Notes under the pieces: model-generated
What the model was told of the DNA's origin: nothing
Database searches by the model: none
Seen by the model: only the letters and a program-made list of their open reading frames with translations
NCBI GenBank assembly: GCA_947632415.1
Contig: CANRPB010000002.1
Coordinates: 1-56,064 of the forward strand
Reading direction: 5' to 3'
Length of the DNA stretch: 56,064 bases
Source of the DNA: an uncultured Bacilli bacterium
GTDB lineage: Bacteria > Bacillota_I > Bacilli_A > RF39 > UBA660
Translations under genes and position numbers: made by a program
Shown: in pieces, positions 43,215 to 53,137 of the stretch
Position numbering within the stretch: the stretch's first letter is position 1
Layout of the letters: every line of letters starts with the position of its first letter

Positions 43215-43901
43215 TTAATTAAAAAAGTTACTCTTTCCAGATTTTGTAGTTGTCGGATTAGACTTCGCCAACATCTCACCATAATTAAGTTCCTTACCTT
43301 GCTTAGATGATTTTGAATGACTAAGAATTGAACCAGTACCCTCGTCCTCATCATCCTCGTCAGAATTATTACCAAAGAACAAGGAATACCTCTTATCCTT
43401 TTTCATATCCTTCAAAACATCATCAAGATCATTATCATCATCTATCTTGGTTATTGCAATTGCAATCACATCATCAATTGAATCCTTGTTTACACCAGCA
43501 TAGAAACATGATAATTTAGCTTCGGCAATTTCAGCACGTCTATCCGATTTATCTTTTCCTTCTTTTGCATCTTTTGCTTTTTCTTCATCAGACTTTGTGG
43601 AATCCGTTAAAGTTTTAAGAAGGTTAACTGCCTTAACGGCTTCGTCTTCAGATTTAAACCCAAGTGCTTTCAGAACCGAAGCTTTACCTTGCCTCTTTTC
43701 CCTCTTGCACATTTTATTTACTTCCTCTTGGGTAAAAGTCTTTCCATGTTTATCATCTGCATGGTCATCATCTTCATCTTCCCCATCACCCTCATCGTTG
43801 TTTACATCAGTATTATCCGTGTTCTCTGATGTATCAGTAGAACCAGAATCACCCTCCGCAAAGAACTGAAGATTTAAAGGTAACAATGTTTTTACTTTCA
43901 T
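43215..43901 (-). CDS. Scaffolding protein (GP20-type)
   Basis: MKVKTLLPLNLQFFAEG N-terminus, acidic coiled-coil body; AAAGGAG RBS. Confidence 0.65.
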   Translation of the reverse strand: MKVKTLLPLNLQFFAEGDSGSTDTSENTDNTDVNNDEGDGEDEDDDHADDKHGKTFTQEEVNKMCKREKRQGKASVLKALGFKSEDEAVKAVNLLKTLTDSTKSDEEKAKDAKEGKDKSDRRAEIAEAKLSCFYAGVNKDSIDDVIAIAITKIDDDNDLDDVLKDMKKDKRYSLFFGNNSDEDDEDEGTGSILSHSKSSKQGKELNYGEMLAKSNPTTTKSGKSNFFN

Positions 43902-43977
43902 TTTATTTTTCTCCTTTTCAATTTTAATCCATTTATAGTTTGGTAACTTCCGCAATGCGGTGTATTTAATTATTTCA

Positions 43978-44006
43978 ATTATAACACATGTTATGAAATT
44001 TGTAAA
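43978..44006 (-). promoter_or_regulatory. Sigma-70-type promoter TTTACA-N17-TGtTATAAT inside the head module
   Basis: Minus strand reads TTTACAaatttcataacatgtgtTATAAT. Confidence 0.6.
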
Positions 44007-44015
44007 TAGGAAATT

Positions 44016-44960
44016 TTAAAATTTTTTCAAATCTTTTACATATTTGTCAATTTTTTTATTCATGGATTTATCCCCAACCCCCAAATACCAATCGGCAACC
44101 GCATCCGCAATTTCATCATTCGACATTGTTATAACAACATCAAACGTACACATACCGTTGGGATGGTCAAGTGGTAACTTATCCTTCGGATATATCCCAG
44201 GTCCTAAACCATAATGGTCTACGGATTCTCTGTCCATACACAAAGCACATACCCTACTTCCACCAGATGTTATCCATTGATACGCTTCAATGAATGGATT
44301 ATTTTTTGTTACCGCAACAAAGGATTCTTCATAAGCATGTTGTACCATTGTCCTTGCTAACCGTTGTGCATTATAATCAATCTTTCTACGTGAACCAGGA
44401 AACATGTTACTCCAATTATAATTTTTCCTTGCCCTTGGATTAACATACCGTTCCAAATCCTTTGCTATGTTATAAACACCTTTGTTTTTCATAATTCCTT
44501 TTGCAACAATTTTGTTTATTTCATTTAACTTTTGTTTATTATCTCCCCATATTGCGGAACTCAAACTCCATTTCCCTTTGTAAAGGTTTCCAGAAGCAAC
44601 TCTTTCAACAATATCCCTCATTGCTTTCCCATTGGACATATAATCATGAAAACCCATTCCTTTTAAAAATGTTTGATTATCTTTTAATATAGCAGTAACC
44701 ATGTTATCCATATTACCACGTATAGTCTTTTCCATTTTTTTATCTGCATATCGCATATTTTCTTCCAATTCTTTTTTCATGGATTTTAAATATTTTATTT
44801 TTAAATTTTCAGACATATCATCTTTATATGATAATGTTGTTATTTCATCTTGTAACTCTTTTAAAACTTCAAGGTAAATACCTTTTATTTCTTTTCTTTG
44901 TTTTTCAACAATTTTATTTCTCATGCCCTGAGCATACTCAAATGGTTTAGGCATCTTCAT
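44016..44960 (-). CDS. Head morphogenesis protein (SPP1 gp7 / Mu F-like)
   Basis: C-terminal CALCMD...LPLDHPNGMCTF typical of the Mu F family; follows the portal gene. Confidence 0.7.
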   Translation of the reverse strand: MKMPKPFEYAQGMRNKIVEKQRKEIKGIYLEVLKELQDEITTLSYKDDMSENLKIKYLKSMKKELEENMRYADKKMEKTIRGNMDNMVTAILKDNQTFLKGMGFHDYMSNGKAMRDIVERVASGNLYKGKWSLSSAIWGDNKQKLNEINKIVAKGIMKNKGVYNIAKDLERYVNPRARKNYNWSNMFPGSRRKIDYNAQRLARTMVQHAYEESFVAVTKNNPFIEAYQWITSGGSRVCALCMDRESVDHYGLGPGIYPKDKLPLDHPNGMCTFDVVITMSNDEIADAVADWYLGVGDKSMNKKIDKYVKDLKKF

Positions 44961-46527
44961 TTACCTCATCATCTTGGTTATTTTGCTGAACATCTTGTTC
45001 CCCTTCCTCTTCGTCCGTTGGTATTACATCCTCACTTGTGTACGGCATGGAAGCATGTTCTAACATTTCCTGTTCCAATTTAATTTGTTCAAGTTCTGCA
45101 TCTGCTTCACTATCATTTAACTTACGCCACTTCTTTAAATATGCCTTTCTTGACATCATCATAGATTCAACCTCTGCCATATCCAACTCTTTTTCCTCTT
45201 TTACATCCTCGGGAATTGGGTAATTATTTTCTACAACAATATCAACTTCAACATCTGGTATTTTTTTATCTGTATATCCCTTTACACACTTAGGATATAA
45301 TACAGCACTTCTTAATACACACATTGCAATAAAACGAAGGGAAGGACCCCATGCAAGCATTTTTTCATCACAACGAACAGTCAAACCCCAATACAACGCC
45401 TGAATGGTTTTACCTGATGTAATTACACCTGCCAATTGTTCACTGGTAATGTTTGGAACATCAACCTCATTATACATTTCATTTTCTATTCTATCCAATG
45501 TTACTTTTAATGGACTTGAATAATTCATTTGTGCTTCCAATGTTCCAACTCTGGCTGTTACATTCTCGTTTGGTTTATCATCGTCCGTTTGTAAATCCCA
45601 ATAAGAACCAGGACTTGTTGATAATTTATTTGTACTTGCCTGACTTGCATCAATGGTGTATCTTATTGGATTCATACTCTTTCTTAATGCATCCATATCA
45701 GTATTAGCAAGTTTGCTGTAATACTTTTCATATTGTACCAACAAATCTAATTCTGATTCACCATCAAGATCACCACTTAAACCATCATTCAATACAATTG
45801 TTGCAGGAATAAACGGAAATAATATTTTTCTTTTCTTTTCAATCACTTCAATAGGTTCACCATTACCAGAATATAATTCCTCTTTATAATATACACCATC
45901 ATTCTCTTTTGTATAAACCTTTTTAAACCACCTCTGGTTATCAACATTATCAGATTTTTTTACATTATAGAACATAACAAATTTTGTTAATTCTTCTTCA
46001 TTTCTATCTGATGTTTCATAAATGAACTCCATAGAATTTAAAAAGTTTATTGTTATTCCACTTTCCTCGTTTACATTTACAACAATTGCAATTCTCTTAC
46101 CAATAAAACAATCCTTTGCACCCTTCAAAAGTTTACTATGAAAATTATTTTCCTCTAATACCTTATCCAGAAAATCCTGCAATATAGAGTTCTCATCTTT
46201 TTTATCATCACCAACATCATCAATGTTAATATTAAATGTAGGTGGATTAGAAAACAAAAACCTTACCTCTTTATTCATTATCATTGCAGATTTCTTATAC
46301 CGTAAAGTGGAAGGAACATAATCGGAATTGGAACCTTCTGTTAAAAACCTAACACCGTGTTGGTATATCGTATACATTCTTCTGATGTATGACATTTCTT
46401 CCACATATTGTTGTTTCTCATCATCTGTTACATCTTCTTCCAACAAAAAATATGGAACATCTAAATAAGCAGAAATATAATCTTCAAATAACGCTTCTTG
46501 GTTTAACATCATTTCCTCTTCCGACAT
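44947..46527 (-). CDS. Portal protein (SPP1 gp6-like)
   Basis: 526 aa, acidic C-terminus, position before the Mu F-like gene. Confidence 0.75.
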   Translation of the reverse strand: MSEEEMMLNQEALFEDYISAYLDVPYFLLEEDVTDDEKQQYVEEMSYIRRMYTIYQHGVRFLTEGSNSDYVPSTLRYKKSAMIMNKEVRFLFSNPPTFNINIDDVGDDKKDENSILQDFLDKVLEENNFHSKLLKGAKDCFIGKRIAIVVNVNEESGITINFLNSMEFIYETSDRNEEELTKFVMFYNVKKSDNVDNQRWFKKVYTKENDGVYYKEELYSGNGEPIEVIEKKRKILFPFIPATIVLNDGLSGDLDGESELDLLVQYEKYYSKLANTDMDALRKSMNPIRYTIDASQASTNKLSTSPGSYWDLQTDDDKPNENVTARVGTLEAQMNYSSPLKVTLDRIENEMYNEVDVPNITSEQLAGVITSGKTIQALYWGLTVRCDEKMLAWGPSLRFIAMCVLRSAVLYPKCVKGYTDKKIPDVEVDIVVENNYPIPEDVKEEKELDMAEVESMMMSRKAYLKKWRKLNDSEADAELEQIKLEQEMLEHASMPYTSEDVIPTDEEEGEQDVQQNNQDDEVNEDA

Positions 46528-46539
46528 ATTAAACCTCCA

Positions 46540-47391
46540 TTAAAAATTATTAACCACTGTAACTTTACCATTGTTATTTCTAGCCCAATATTTTTTACTC
46601 CTGCTATCCAAGTGTACAAAAGTATTATATTGAATGATACCATTGATACCAAGTTGTTGTGCATATTTTGCTACTTGTGTTGGGGTCTTACCTTTTACCA
46701 CAATATCAAATGCCTGCCCTTTTACATGATAACTATTTTTTGCACCACCAACTTTTACATTATATGCAGATGTACGATATGCAGAATTTATTGTTACTGG
46801 ACTATTAAAATAATCTCTTATTTGTTGTAACTTCATTTGAACAAAAGCAGAGTCAATCAAAATTTTATCAGAACCATCCTTACATCTAAATTCCTTTATT
46901 TTAAAATTTTGACTTAAACTTTTTTCACCATCAGTTTTTAATGAATAAGTTTGTACACCCATTTTAACACCCTCTACTTTTTTCAAAAACAAATCGTGTT
47001 CATCTTGTCTTCTTTTTGTTAAACCAGATAAAACCTTACCACCTGCTTTATTGTACTGTAACATTTTTTCAGCAATCACATCTTTTGTTCTTGTACCATT
47101 TGCAGTTAATTGATTGATACTACCAATATTATAACAAAAAGAAACCAATGCATCAAATTCATTTTGACTCCAAATATACTTGGAACTAAACTTACTAACC
47201 TTTTGTTCATAAACCTTTAAATCATTTTTTAAAAATTCATCTGCTTGTGCTTGTGTTATTAAATCACCTTGTTTTACACCAGATGTATGTCCATATCCAA
47301 TTGTCCAAACACCAGCAGGACATTTGTATGCTTGTAATTTACAACCTTCATACTTCTTAATTAAATCAATACCAGTTTGACTTGTTCTCAT
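46540..47391 (-). CDS. Two-domain endolysin: GH24 muramidase + Peptidase_M15 (YcbK/VanY-like)
   Basis: YEGCKLQAYKCPAGVWTIGYGH = E-x8-(D/C)-x5-T triad; SYHVKGQAFD...FVHLDSR = M15 H-x6-D...H zinc site. Confidence 0.85.
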   Translation of the reverse strand: MRTSQTGIDLIKKYEGCKLQAYKCPAGVWTIGYGHTSGVKQGDLITQAQADEFLKNDLKVYEQKVSKFSSKYIWSQNEFDALVSFCYNIGSINQLTANGTRTKDVIAEKMLQYNKAGGKVLSGLTKRRQDEHDLFLKKVEGVKMGVQTYSLKTDGEKSLSQNFKIKEFRCKDGSDKILIDSAFVQMKLQQIRDYFNSPVTINSAYRTSAYNVKVGGAKNSYHVKGQAFDIVVKGKTPTQVAKYAQQLGINGIIQYNTFVHLDSRSKKYWARNNNGKVTVVNNF

Positions 47392-47723
47392 TGTACACTC
47401 TCCAATTGGTTAGAACCATGTTTAATCTCGTTTACAATACCCTCAACAATTACATCAAGCTCATTCTCTGTAATATTTATATTTAATTTATTATTAACAA
47501 GATCTAACAAATAATCCATCACATATTGCTTTTTCTCTTTCCATTGTTCAGGTGTGTAAATCTGTTCTGCACATCTAACAGCAATTTTTGTGTACTCAAT
47601 CAATTTATCCAAATTTTGTTGACTAATTTTACTTTTGATATACGGAATAACAAACGTAGTAATCAACGCACTAAGTATTGTTATAACTGAAATACAAACT
47701 TTAACAAAAATTTCATTACTCAT
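47388..47723 (-). CDS. Holin (LL-H/phi LC3-type, one N-terminal TM)
   Basis: FVKVCISVITILSALITTFVIPY then KIAVRCAEQIYTPEQWKEKKQYV; ATGA coupling to the endolysin. Confidence 0.65.
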   Translation of the reverse strand: MSNEIFVKVCISVITILSALITTFVIPYIKSKISQQNLDKLIEYTKIAVRCAEQIYTPEQWKEKKQYVMDYLLDLVNNKLNINITENELDVIVEGIVNEIKHGSNQLESVQ

Positions 47724-47994
47724 CTATAATTTCCTCCATATTTTCATTTTGCACCATTTCCATAAGCTTTTGTTGCTTTGTTTCAAAATATGATTTACAA
47801 AAGAATGGTATAATAGCAGCAACCACACTGGTTACAAGTGTTATACACAATTCCAATAAATGTTCCGCTCTGTTAAAACAAATATCAGCAATGTTAAATA
47901 CACTTACCCAAAACATTACAAAATACTGCCACCTATCAATCCATTGTTTACTATGTTGTTTCTTTGAAGTTGGTTTCTTTTGCATCATCATCAC
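47716..47994 (-). CDS. Two-TM holin-like membrane protein (92 aa)
   Basis: YFVMFWVSVFNIADICF and LELCITLVTSVVAAIIPFF. Confidence 0.5.
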   Translation of the reverse strand: MMMMQKKPTSKKQHSKQWIDRWQYFVMFWVSVFNIADICFNRAEHLLELCITLVTSVVAAIIPFFCKSYFETKQQKLMEMVQNENMEEIIDE

Positions 47995-48229
47995 TTCCCT
48001 GCATACGATATTTCTGTGCAGTCTTTTGTGGAATTACAAGCAATCCTGTTTTTGATTTCATAACGGAGTCACCAACTTTAGCACGGTAAGAACCAGAGGC
48101 ATTATTTATAACCACATATTCAATATTACCATCATCATCTCTAACGGTTCTTGCTCTTCCCATTGCTGCTTGTTGGTTAAACCAATCAGGAAATTTATCC
48201 TTCCCTACTACAAATGTTTCAGTTTTCAT
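47951..48229 (-). CDS. Hypothetical protein (92 aa)
   Basis: ORF; no motif. Confidence 0.5.
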   Translation of the reverse strand: MKTETFVVGKDKFPDWFNQQAAMGRARTVRDDDGNIEYVVINNASGSYRAKVGDSVMKSKTGLLVIPQKTAQKYRMQGSDDDAKETNFKETT

Positions 48230-48422
48230 TATTCACCCTCCTTATTTTTGTACCATCAAAAAATTCTGGTTGTATACCAAGAAATAAAGCCCTTGCTATT
48301 TCCATTCCATTATACAAACCTGTGTTATAAGTATACTCAGATTCGTTTGGATATTTTTTTATATTTTCCATTTGCACCTCTAACAATTCATTTAAATTTT
48401 TAATATATTTTTCTTTTTCCAT
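48219..48422 (-). CDS. Hypothetical protein (67 aa)
   Basis: ORF directly after terL. Confidence 0.5.
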   Translation of the reverse strand: MEKEKYIKNLNELLEVQMENIKKYPNESEYTYNTGLYNGMEIARALFLGIQPEFFDGTKIRRVNNEN

Positions 48423-48423
48423 T

Positions 48424-49770
48424 TTACTCTCCTTTTATACTATTATTTTTTCTTTCCTTTAAATCAGCAACATTATAATCATCTAATGCATACCATATTG
48501 CGGAAAACGTATGTGCATCAATATTAAAATGTCCATAATCAATTGAACCATCGTGGTTCTTTTTGTAAGTTAACTCTTTTAATTCCCTGATCGTATTTTT
48601 ACAATCACTGGAACATATTATTCTTCTAAACCTTTTACATTTTTTTGTATTTGCAATTCTGCTACCTTCAGATTTTTTATCACATTTTTTTCTACAAGGT
48701 CTAATATTAAATCCTTGTTGTTTAAAATACCTAATTGTTTTTGGTTCTGCATTATCAGCTTTTATTTCATCTTCTTGTATTGAATCATCCCATTCTAATA
48801 AGTCTTTTGCTGTTTTATCATCAGTCATTTTATTTTTATAATATTCTTTATATATATATAACCATTTGTTCTTATCATCTATTGCAACCCTTACAACAGC
48901 ATTATAAGACGTTTCAAACCCAAAGTCAAATCCTATTTTATGGAATCTTTGTGGAATTTCTGAAATATTATGCATAACCATTTTCTTATTCATAACCTCA
49001 AACTGTGGCAATACACGCATACCAGAAGTCCCAAACCGTCCCAAACGTGCGACAACCCATAACGCTTTATCATACGTCCTTAAATCGTCCAAACGGTCAA
49101 TATAGCCCTTTGGAAGGAATGGGTTATCATCACATGTGGAATGGTGATAATACACCCCATTTTTGACCAATACTTTTCTTTCATATAATAATTCATCATT
49201 CAATATTATTTTGGTTGTTCCATCTTCTTTTAATGTTTCAAAGAATTGTTGATATACCCAATTAAATTTACCAACAGGGTTACAACTCAATATAAAGTGC
49301 ATTGATTTATTGGGTGTTCTAATACGTCCAAGTATTTCAAGGTATGCATCATAGGAAACCTCAGAACACTCCTCTATCCACACAATAGATACACCATTCA
49401 ATGATTTTAGTTTTTCTGTACTATCCATACCTTTGAATATTATTCTTGAACCATTCGGAAATTTAAATTCCAAGGGACTATTCTTAAAGCATACCTTTGT
49501 TGCATGTTTTCTTACACCATTTCCAGCAAGCAAACCCATATCATCTAATACTTGTTTTATCAAGTCAAATGTTGATTCCTTATGTGTATCATATACATCA
49601 CGGAATACACATATCTTCCTTTTTTCTTCATAAGCTTTTATTATTATTTTTTGAACTATTGCATGACTCTTACCACTACCATAAGAGCCTATTATTAAAT
49701 ATTTTTCATAATCCCAGTCAAAAATAAAATTATCAAAAGCAGGACTTATATTCATTGTTGCTTTTGCCAT
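48424..49770 (-). CDS. terL: Terminase large subunit (PBSX-type)
   Basis: IIGSYGSGKSHAI Walker A, SIVWIEECSE Walker B, C-terminal nuclease-size domain. Confidence 0.85.
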   Translation of the reverse strand: MAKATMNISPAFDNFIFDWDYEKYLIIGSYGSGKSHAIVQKIIIKAYEEKRKICVFRDVYDTHKESTFDLIKQVLDDMGLLAGNGVRKHATKVCFKNSPLEFKFPNGSRIIFKGMDSTEKLKSLNGVSIVWIEECSEVSYDAYLEILGRIRTPNKSMHFILSCNPVGKFNWVYQQFFETLKEDGTTKIILNDELLYERKVLVKNGVYYHHSTCDDNPFLPKGYIDRLDDLRTYDKALWVVARLGRFGTSGMRVLPQFEVMNKKMVMHNISEIPQRFHKIGFDFGFETSYNAVVRVAIDDKNKWLYIYKEYYKNKMTDDKTAKDLLEWDDSIQEDEIKADNAEPKTIRYFKQQGFNIRPCRKKCDKKSEGSRIANTKKCKRFRRIICSSDCKNTIRELKELTYKKNHDGSIDYGHFNIDAHTFSAIWYALDDYNVADLKERKNNSIKGE

Positions 49771-49784
49771 TTTATATCACCTTT

Positions 49785-49919
49785 TTAATCAAAATTTTCC
49801 CCAGTTATTAATTCATATTCATATTTATTAATTATATTATTAATAACTAGATTTTTTAACCTTTCTTTATCCCACAATCCACGTTCATAATAACTTTTAG
49901 CCATTTCAAATGGATTCAT
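49785..49919 (-). CDS. XkdX-family small protein (44 aa, below the ORF-track cutoff)
   Basis: Hand translation MNPFEMAKSYYERGLWDKERLKNLVINNIINKYEYELITGENFD fits the XkdX pattern YY..G.W......V....I....YE.ITGE. Confidence 0.65.
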   Translation of the reverse strand: MNPFEMAKSYYERGLWDKERLKNLVINNIINKYEYELITGENFD

Positions 49920-49924
49920 TTTTA

Positions 49925-50206
49925 TTACCTCCATAAATTTATACCAGATAATAAAGCTATATAATCAATATCAGCTCTTTGTTGTTGTATATCCATAATA
50001 GATAATTCTTCAAGATATTGTTTATATTGTTCTTTTGTTAATTTTGCTTCATCATATTCGTACATTGTATATGAATCACCAGATAATTCATCTATAATTT
50101 GTTTTTCAACAATATTCTTTCTTAAATATGTCACATATTTTGATGAACTATCATCTATCAACTCTGGTTTTACTGTTGACTGAGATTTATAATATTGTAT
50201 AATCAT
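49925..50206 (-). CDS. Fibre-associated small protein (XkdW position, 93 aa)
   Basis: Follows the fibre gene and precedes the XkdX-like ORF, as in PBSX xkdV-W-X. Confidence 0.45.
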   Translation of the reverse strand: MIIQYYKSQSTVKPELIDDSSSKYVTYLRKNIVEKQIIDELSGDSYTMYEYDEAKLTKEQYKQYLEELSIMDIQQQRADIDYIALLSGINLWR

Positions 50207-50209
50207 ACA

Positions 50210-52465
50210 TTAAACCTCCCATGTTGAAGCAAGTGGTTTACAAGAAATAGATGCACCAATTGTCCAATAAGAAACATTGGGATTATTATGCAACCCTGAA
50301 GCAAAAGCCCCGCATTTAGCACCAATATTTGACTCACCGCCAAACAAAACATAATTAGATTGATTATTATTAACCCAGAAACCATCTGTGTAATAAGTAG
50401 AATCAGATCCAGCTGCATAAAGTGGTAAAAGACCATATTCACAAAACAGCATTTTAGTAATAAATGATCCATCATTAACATCTGGGGGGTTATAACCTGG
50501 AACTACAATATAACCTTGACCATTTTCATTATAACCTCCTTCTTCAGACCCATCCAATGTACTGTATGTCATTTTAATTTTTTGTTCACCACTATCATTA
50601 ATCCATCCAGCAGTTCTTCTACATAAATTTCCCCAATAATGCTCCATTCCAAATACTTTTACTCCATTCTTATCGCTTTTTTTTGTTCCATAAAACATAC
50701 CATTTTTAGACAACAATCCTGTTTTCGCAAGAGTATTTGCAGAATTTCCTCCACTTGCATAACCATATCCAAATATTTTTTGAGTATCCGTAGATTTCCC
50801 AATTAAAAGAAGTAATAAGTTTATTAAAACTCTATCACAATACACTTCAGTATACCAAATATTTGAACTAACGTTATTGGCAAGTGCTCCATCAATTTCT
50901 ACACTTGTGGCATATGAATTTGCCGGGGTTTTATCAGACAATGATCTTAACACACCATCTATATAAGATCCATTGTAAGCAGGCATGTAACAATACGGTA
51001 TTTCATTTCCTCCCTCATCTATATGACTCCAACATGCAAAATTACCATCCCCATTGTTTTTAAAAACTCCATTTTCATATTTTATATTTTTATCAGAAAA
51101 ATATATTTCAGCAGATTCACCATCTTCACTTGGTACAATCTTCCAATATACTTTCGGAACTTCAATCATGACATTTACATCTTCCGTTCCATTAATGATA
51201 TAATCAGTTACATCATTTCCTTCTATATCCAAATAATAATTATCAGGATTTATGTATTTTAAAACAGTTCCATCTCGTTTTAATAAGCAAGGTTTAACAT
51301 TCATAAACCAAGCAGAAGTAGTAGTCCAATCACCATAATCAAACTTACCTTTATCATAATCCATATACGCTGGTTTAAAATTAATATTATCACAATTTGA
51401 CAAATAATTAATCATATATAAAGGGTCAGATTCTGTTTGATCAATTTTAAAACCAAATAAAACATAATCTTTAACCAACACTTTTGTTTGGTTTTTTTCT
51501 GATTCATTTACAAAACCACTGGTACTTACAGGAAATGCTTTATAATACCAAACCTCATCCATTTTTGGTTGTACATTATCAATAAAATATGTATCTTTAT
51601 GCAAACCAAATTGGGATCTACTTACAGTTATAACATCATCCCCATCAGAAATACTTTTAGGGACACTCCCTTGTTTTCTTCTTATAACAACTTTTTCTAC
51701 AACTACTGCTGTTTGCTCTTCTATAATCGTGTCCCTAGCTTCAGACCATTTTAATTTTATTTTATTTTTATCTCTATCATAAATTGCACTAATACTTTGC
51801 ATTTCTTGTGGTATCATTTGTAAAATGTAAGGATTTTGTGGGTCTACAGTTGCGTCTACCCATTCATTAGCATCTTTGTTAAAAACTTGGAATCTACTTT
51901 GATAATACCTTATATTACCAAAACCACCATCAGTTAAAAAATCTGCAGAAATATCAAACTTAATTTGCCCAATACTTTGTTTTGTACTATCGGAAAATGT
52001 TACAATCACATTATTGTTACCATCTGTTTCTATACCAGTGATAGAACGTCCATCTTTTCCTTTGGGTAACACAAAATTATAAGCAGCAGTTAATGCTTGT
52101 TCATCAAGTGTTATACTTACGCTAGGTGGATTTCCTTGTGATTCTACTGTTACTGTTCCAATTTTAGGAGTATATGCAGTTCCAGTTCCACCACCTCCAC
52201 CAGAACCACCAATTACTTTTATTGTACCATCAGCATCTATATCAATTGTTGTTCCATCGGGTTTTACAATACCAGCTTGTTGTAATGTTGCAATTGCTAC
52301 TTCCTTAATATACCCTTCATCATTCTCCAACTCACTCAACTTAGTAGGAATATGTGGTACTGGAGGTACTACTGGTATTTCAGACTTCTTTGCAAACACT
52401 TCATTACATTTTGATAAAAACGCTTTAAACTGATTCGTTAAATATTCTTTATCAACAAATGCCAT
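50210..52465 (-). CDS. Tail (or head) fibre protein, 751 aa
   Basis: TKLSELENDEGYI fibre N-terminal motif, Gly run GGSGGGGGTG, PKGKDGRSITGIE, large beta-rich C-domain. Confidence 0.7.
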   Translation of the reverse strand: MAFVDKEYLTNQFKAFLSKCNEVFAKKSEIPVVPPVPHIPTKLSELENDEGYIKEVAIATLQQAGIVKPDGTTIDIDADGTIKVIGGSGGGGGTGTAYTPKIGTVTVESQGNPPSVSITLDEQALTAAYNFVLPKGKDGRSITGIETDGNNNVIVTFSDSTKQSIGQIKFDISADFLTDGGFGNIRYYQSRFQVFNKDANEWVDATVDPQNPYILQMIPQEMQSISAIYDRDKNKIKLKWSEARDTIIEEQTAVVVEKVVIRRKQGSVPKSISDGDDVITVSRSQFGLHKDTYFIDNVQPKMDEVWYYKAFPVSTSGFVNESEKNQTKVLVKDYVLFGFKIDQTESDPLYMINYLSNCDNINFKPAYMDYDKGKFDYGDWTTTSAWFMNVKPCLLKRDGTVLKYINPDNYYLDIEGNDVTDYIINGTEDVNVMIEVPKVYWKIVPSEDGESAEIYFSDKNIKYENGVFKNNGDGNFACWSHIDEGGNEIPYCYMPAYNGSYIDGVLRSLSDKTPANSYATSVEIDGALANNVSSNIWYTEVYCDRVLINLLLLLIGKSTDTQKIFGYGYASGGNSANTLAKTGLLSKNGMFYGTKKSDKNGVKVFGMEHYWGNLCRRTAGWINDSGEQKIKMTYSTLDGSEEGGYNENGQGYIVVPGYNPPDVNDGSFITKMLFCEYGLLPLYAAGSDSTYYTDGFWVNNNQSNYVLFGGESNIGAKCGAFASGLHNNPNVSYWTIGASISCKPLASTWEV

Positions 52466-52474
52466 TTTTACCAC

Positions 52475-52816
52475 CTACCAATCAAAATCATCAAAGTTAA
52501 TATCATCACTTTCTGTATCTGTTGCTTTTACATAATCACTGGCATCAGGAAAATCACTAATATTTTCATTTACACCAAGTGTTTGTTTTAAATCATCTTC
52601 TGAAATATCACCAGTTAATGGAAGTCCTGCAATTGTTAAATCATTACTTACAACACCAAGCTCTTCCAATGTTGTGTTACCAATCAAGGTTACATCATTT
52701 ATCATAGGTTTATCCTCTAAGTCTTCATAACTCTTTGGATAAACCACTTCTATTTTTTCATCAAAATCAGCTTGTAATTCTTCATCACTGGTTTCAAACC
52801 CAATTGTACCTTCCAT
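52475..52816 (-). CDS. Acidic fibre-module protein (113 aa)
   Basis: YEDLEDKPMINDVTLIGNTTLEELGV matches the Y..L.NKP.ING..L.GN motif of prophage fibre proteins. Confidence 0.5.
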   Translation of the reverse strand: MEGTIGFETSDEELQADFDEKIEVVYPKSYEDLEDKPMINDVTLIGNTTLEELGVVSNDLTIAGLPLTGDISEDDLKQTLGVNENISDFPDASDYVKATDTESDDINFDDFDW

Positions 52817-52828
52817 GTATACCTCCTA

Positions 52829-53137
52829 TTATAAAATTACACCATCCCTCAAAATACCAGACAAATCGGTGGACATTATTTTACTTGCCATTGCTTTATC
52901 ATTCTTTGTTAAAACTCTTATTTGCATCCTTATAGGACCACCACGGAATGACAAGGTATCTTCCTGTGTCATATGGATTGTAATGGTATTATTCTCACTA
53001 TTTAAAATTAAATCATCAATATCAAAAGTCATTTCTGTCTGGCTTGATTTTAATGTTACCCATATTTGTTTCATCTCTAATACTTTAACTTCTTCTTGTA
53101 CATGGAACACGAGTGTGGGGGTAGTACCTCTAATCAT
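52829..53137 (-). CDS. Small beta-sandwich-type structural protein (102 aa from MIRGTTPTLVF)
   Basis: MIRGTTPTLVFHV...LTQ-like pattern common upstream of Firmicute phage fibres; start overlaps the terS stop (ATGATTAG). Confidence 0.45.
   Translation of the reverse strand: MIRGTTPTLVFHVQEEVKVLEMKQIWVTLKSSQTEMTFDIDDLILNSENNTITIHMTQEDTLSFRGGPIRMQIRVLTKNDKAMASKIMSTDLSGILRDGVIL

Noticed and set aside
46540-47391. Cys in place of the catalytic Asp (T4 lysozyme D20) in the endolysin as a sign of inactivation
   Set aside because: The E-x8-(D/C)-x5-T triad with Cys is a known active variant in GH24 phage lysozymes, so this is not an anomaly.
50203-50481. 92-aa minus-strand ORF overlapping the 3' end of the fibre gene; likewise 54881-55201 and 41859-42131
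   Set aside because: These are alternative-frame ORFs nested entirely within longer, better-supported genes on the same strand. They have no independent RBS.
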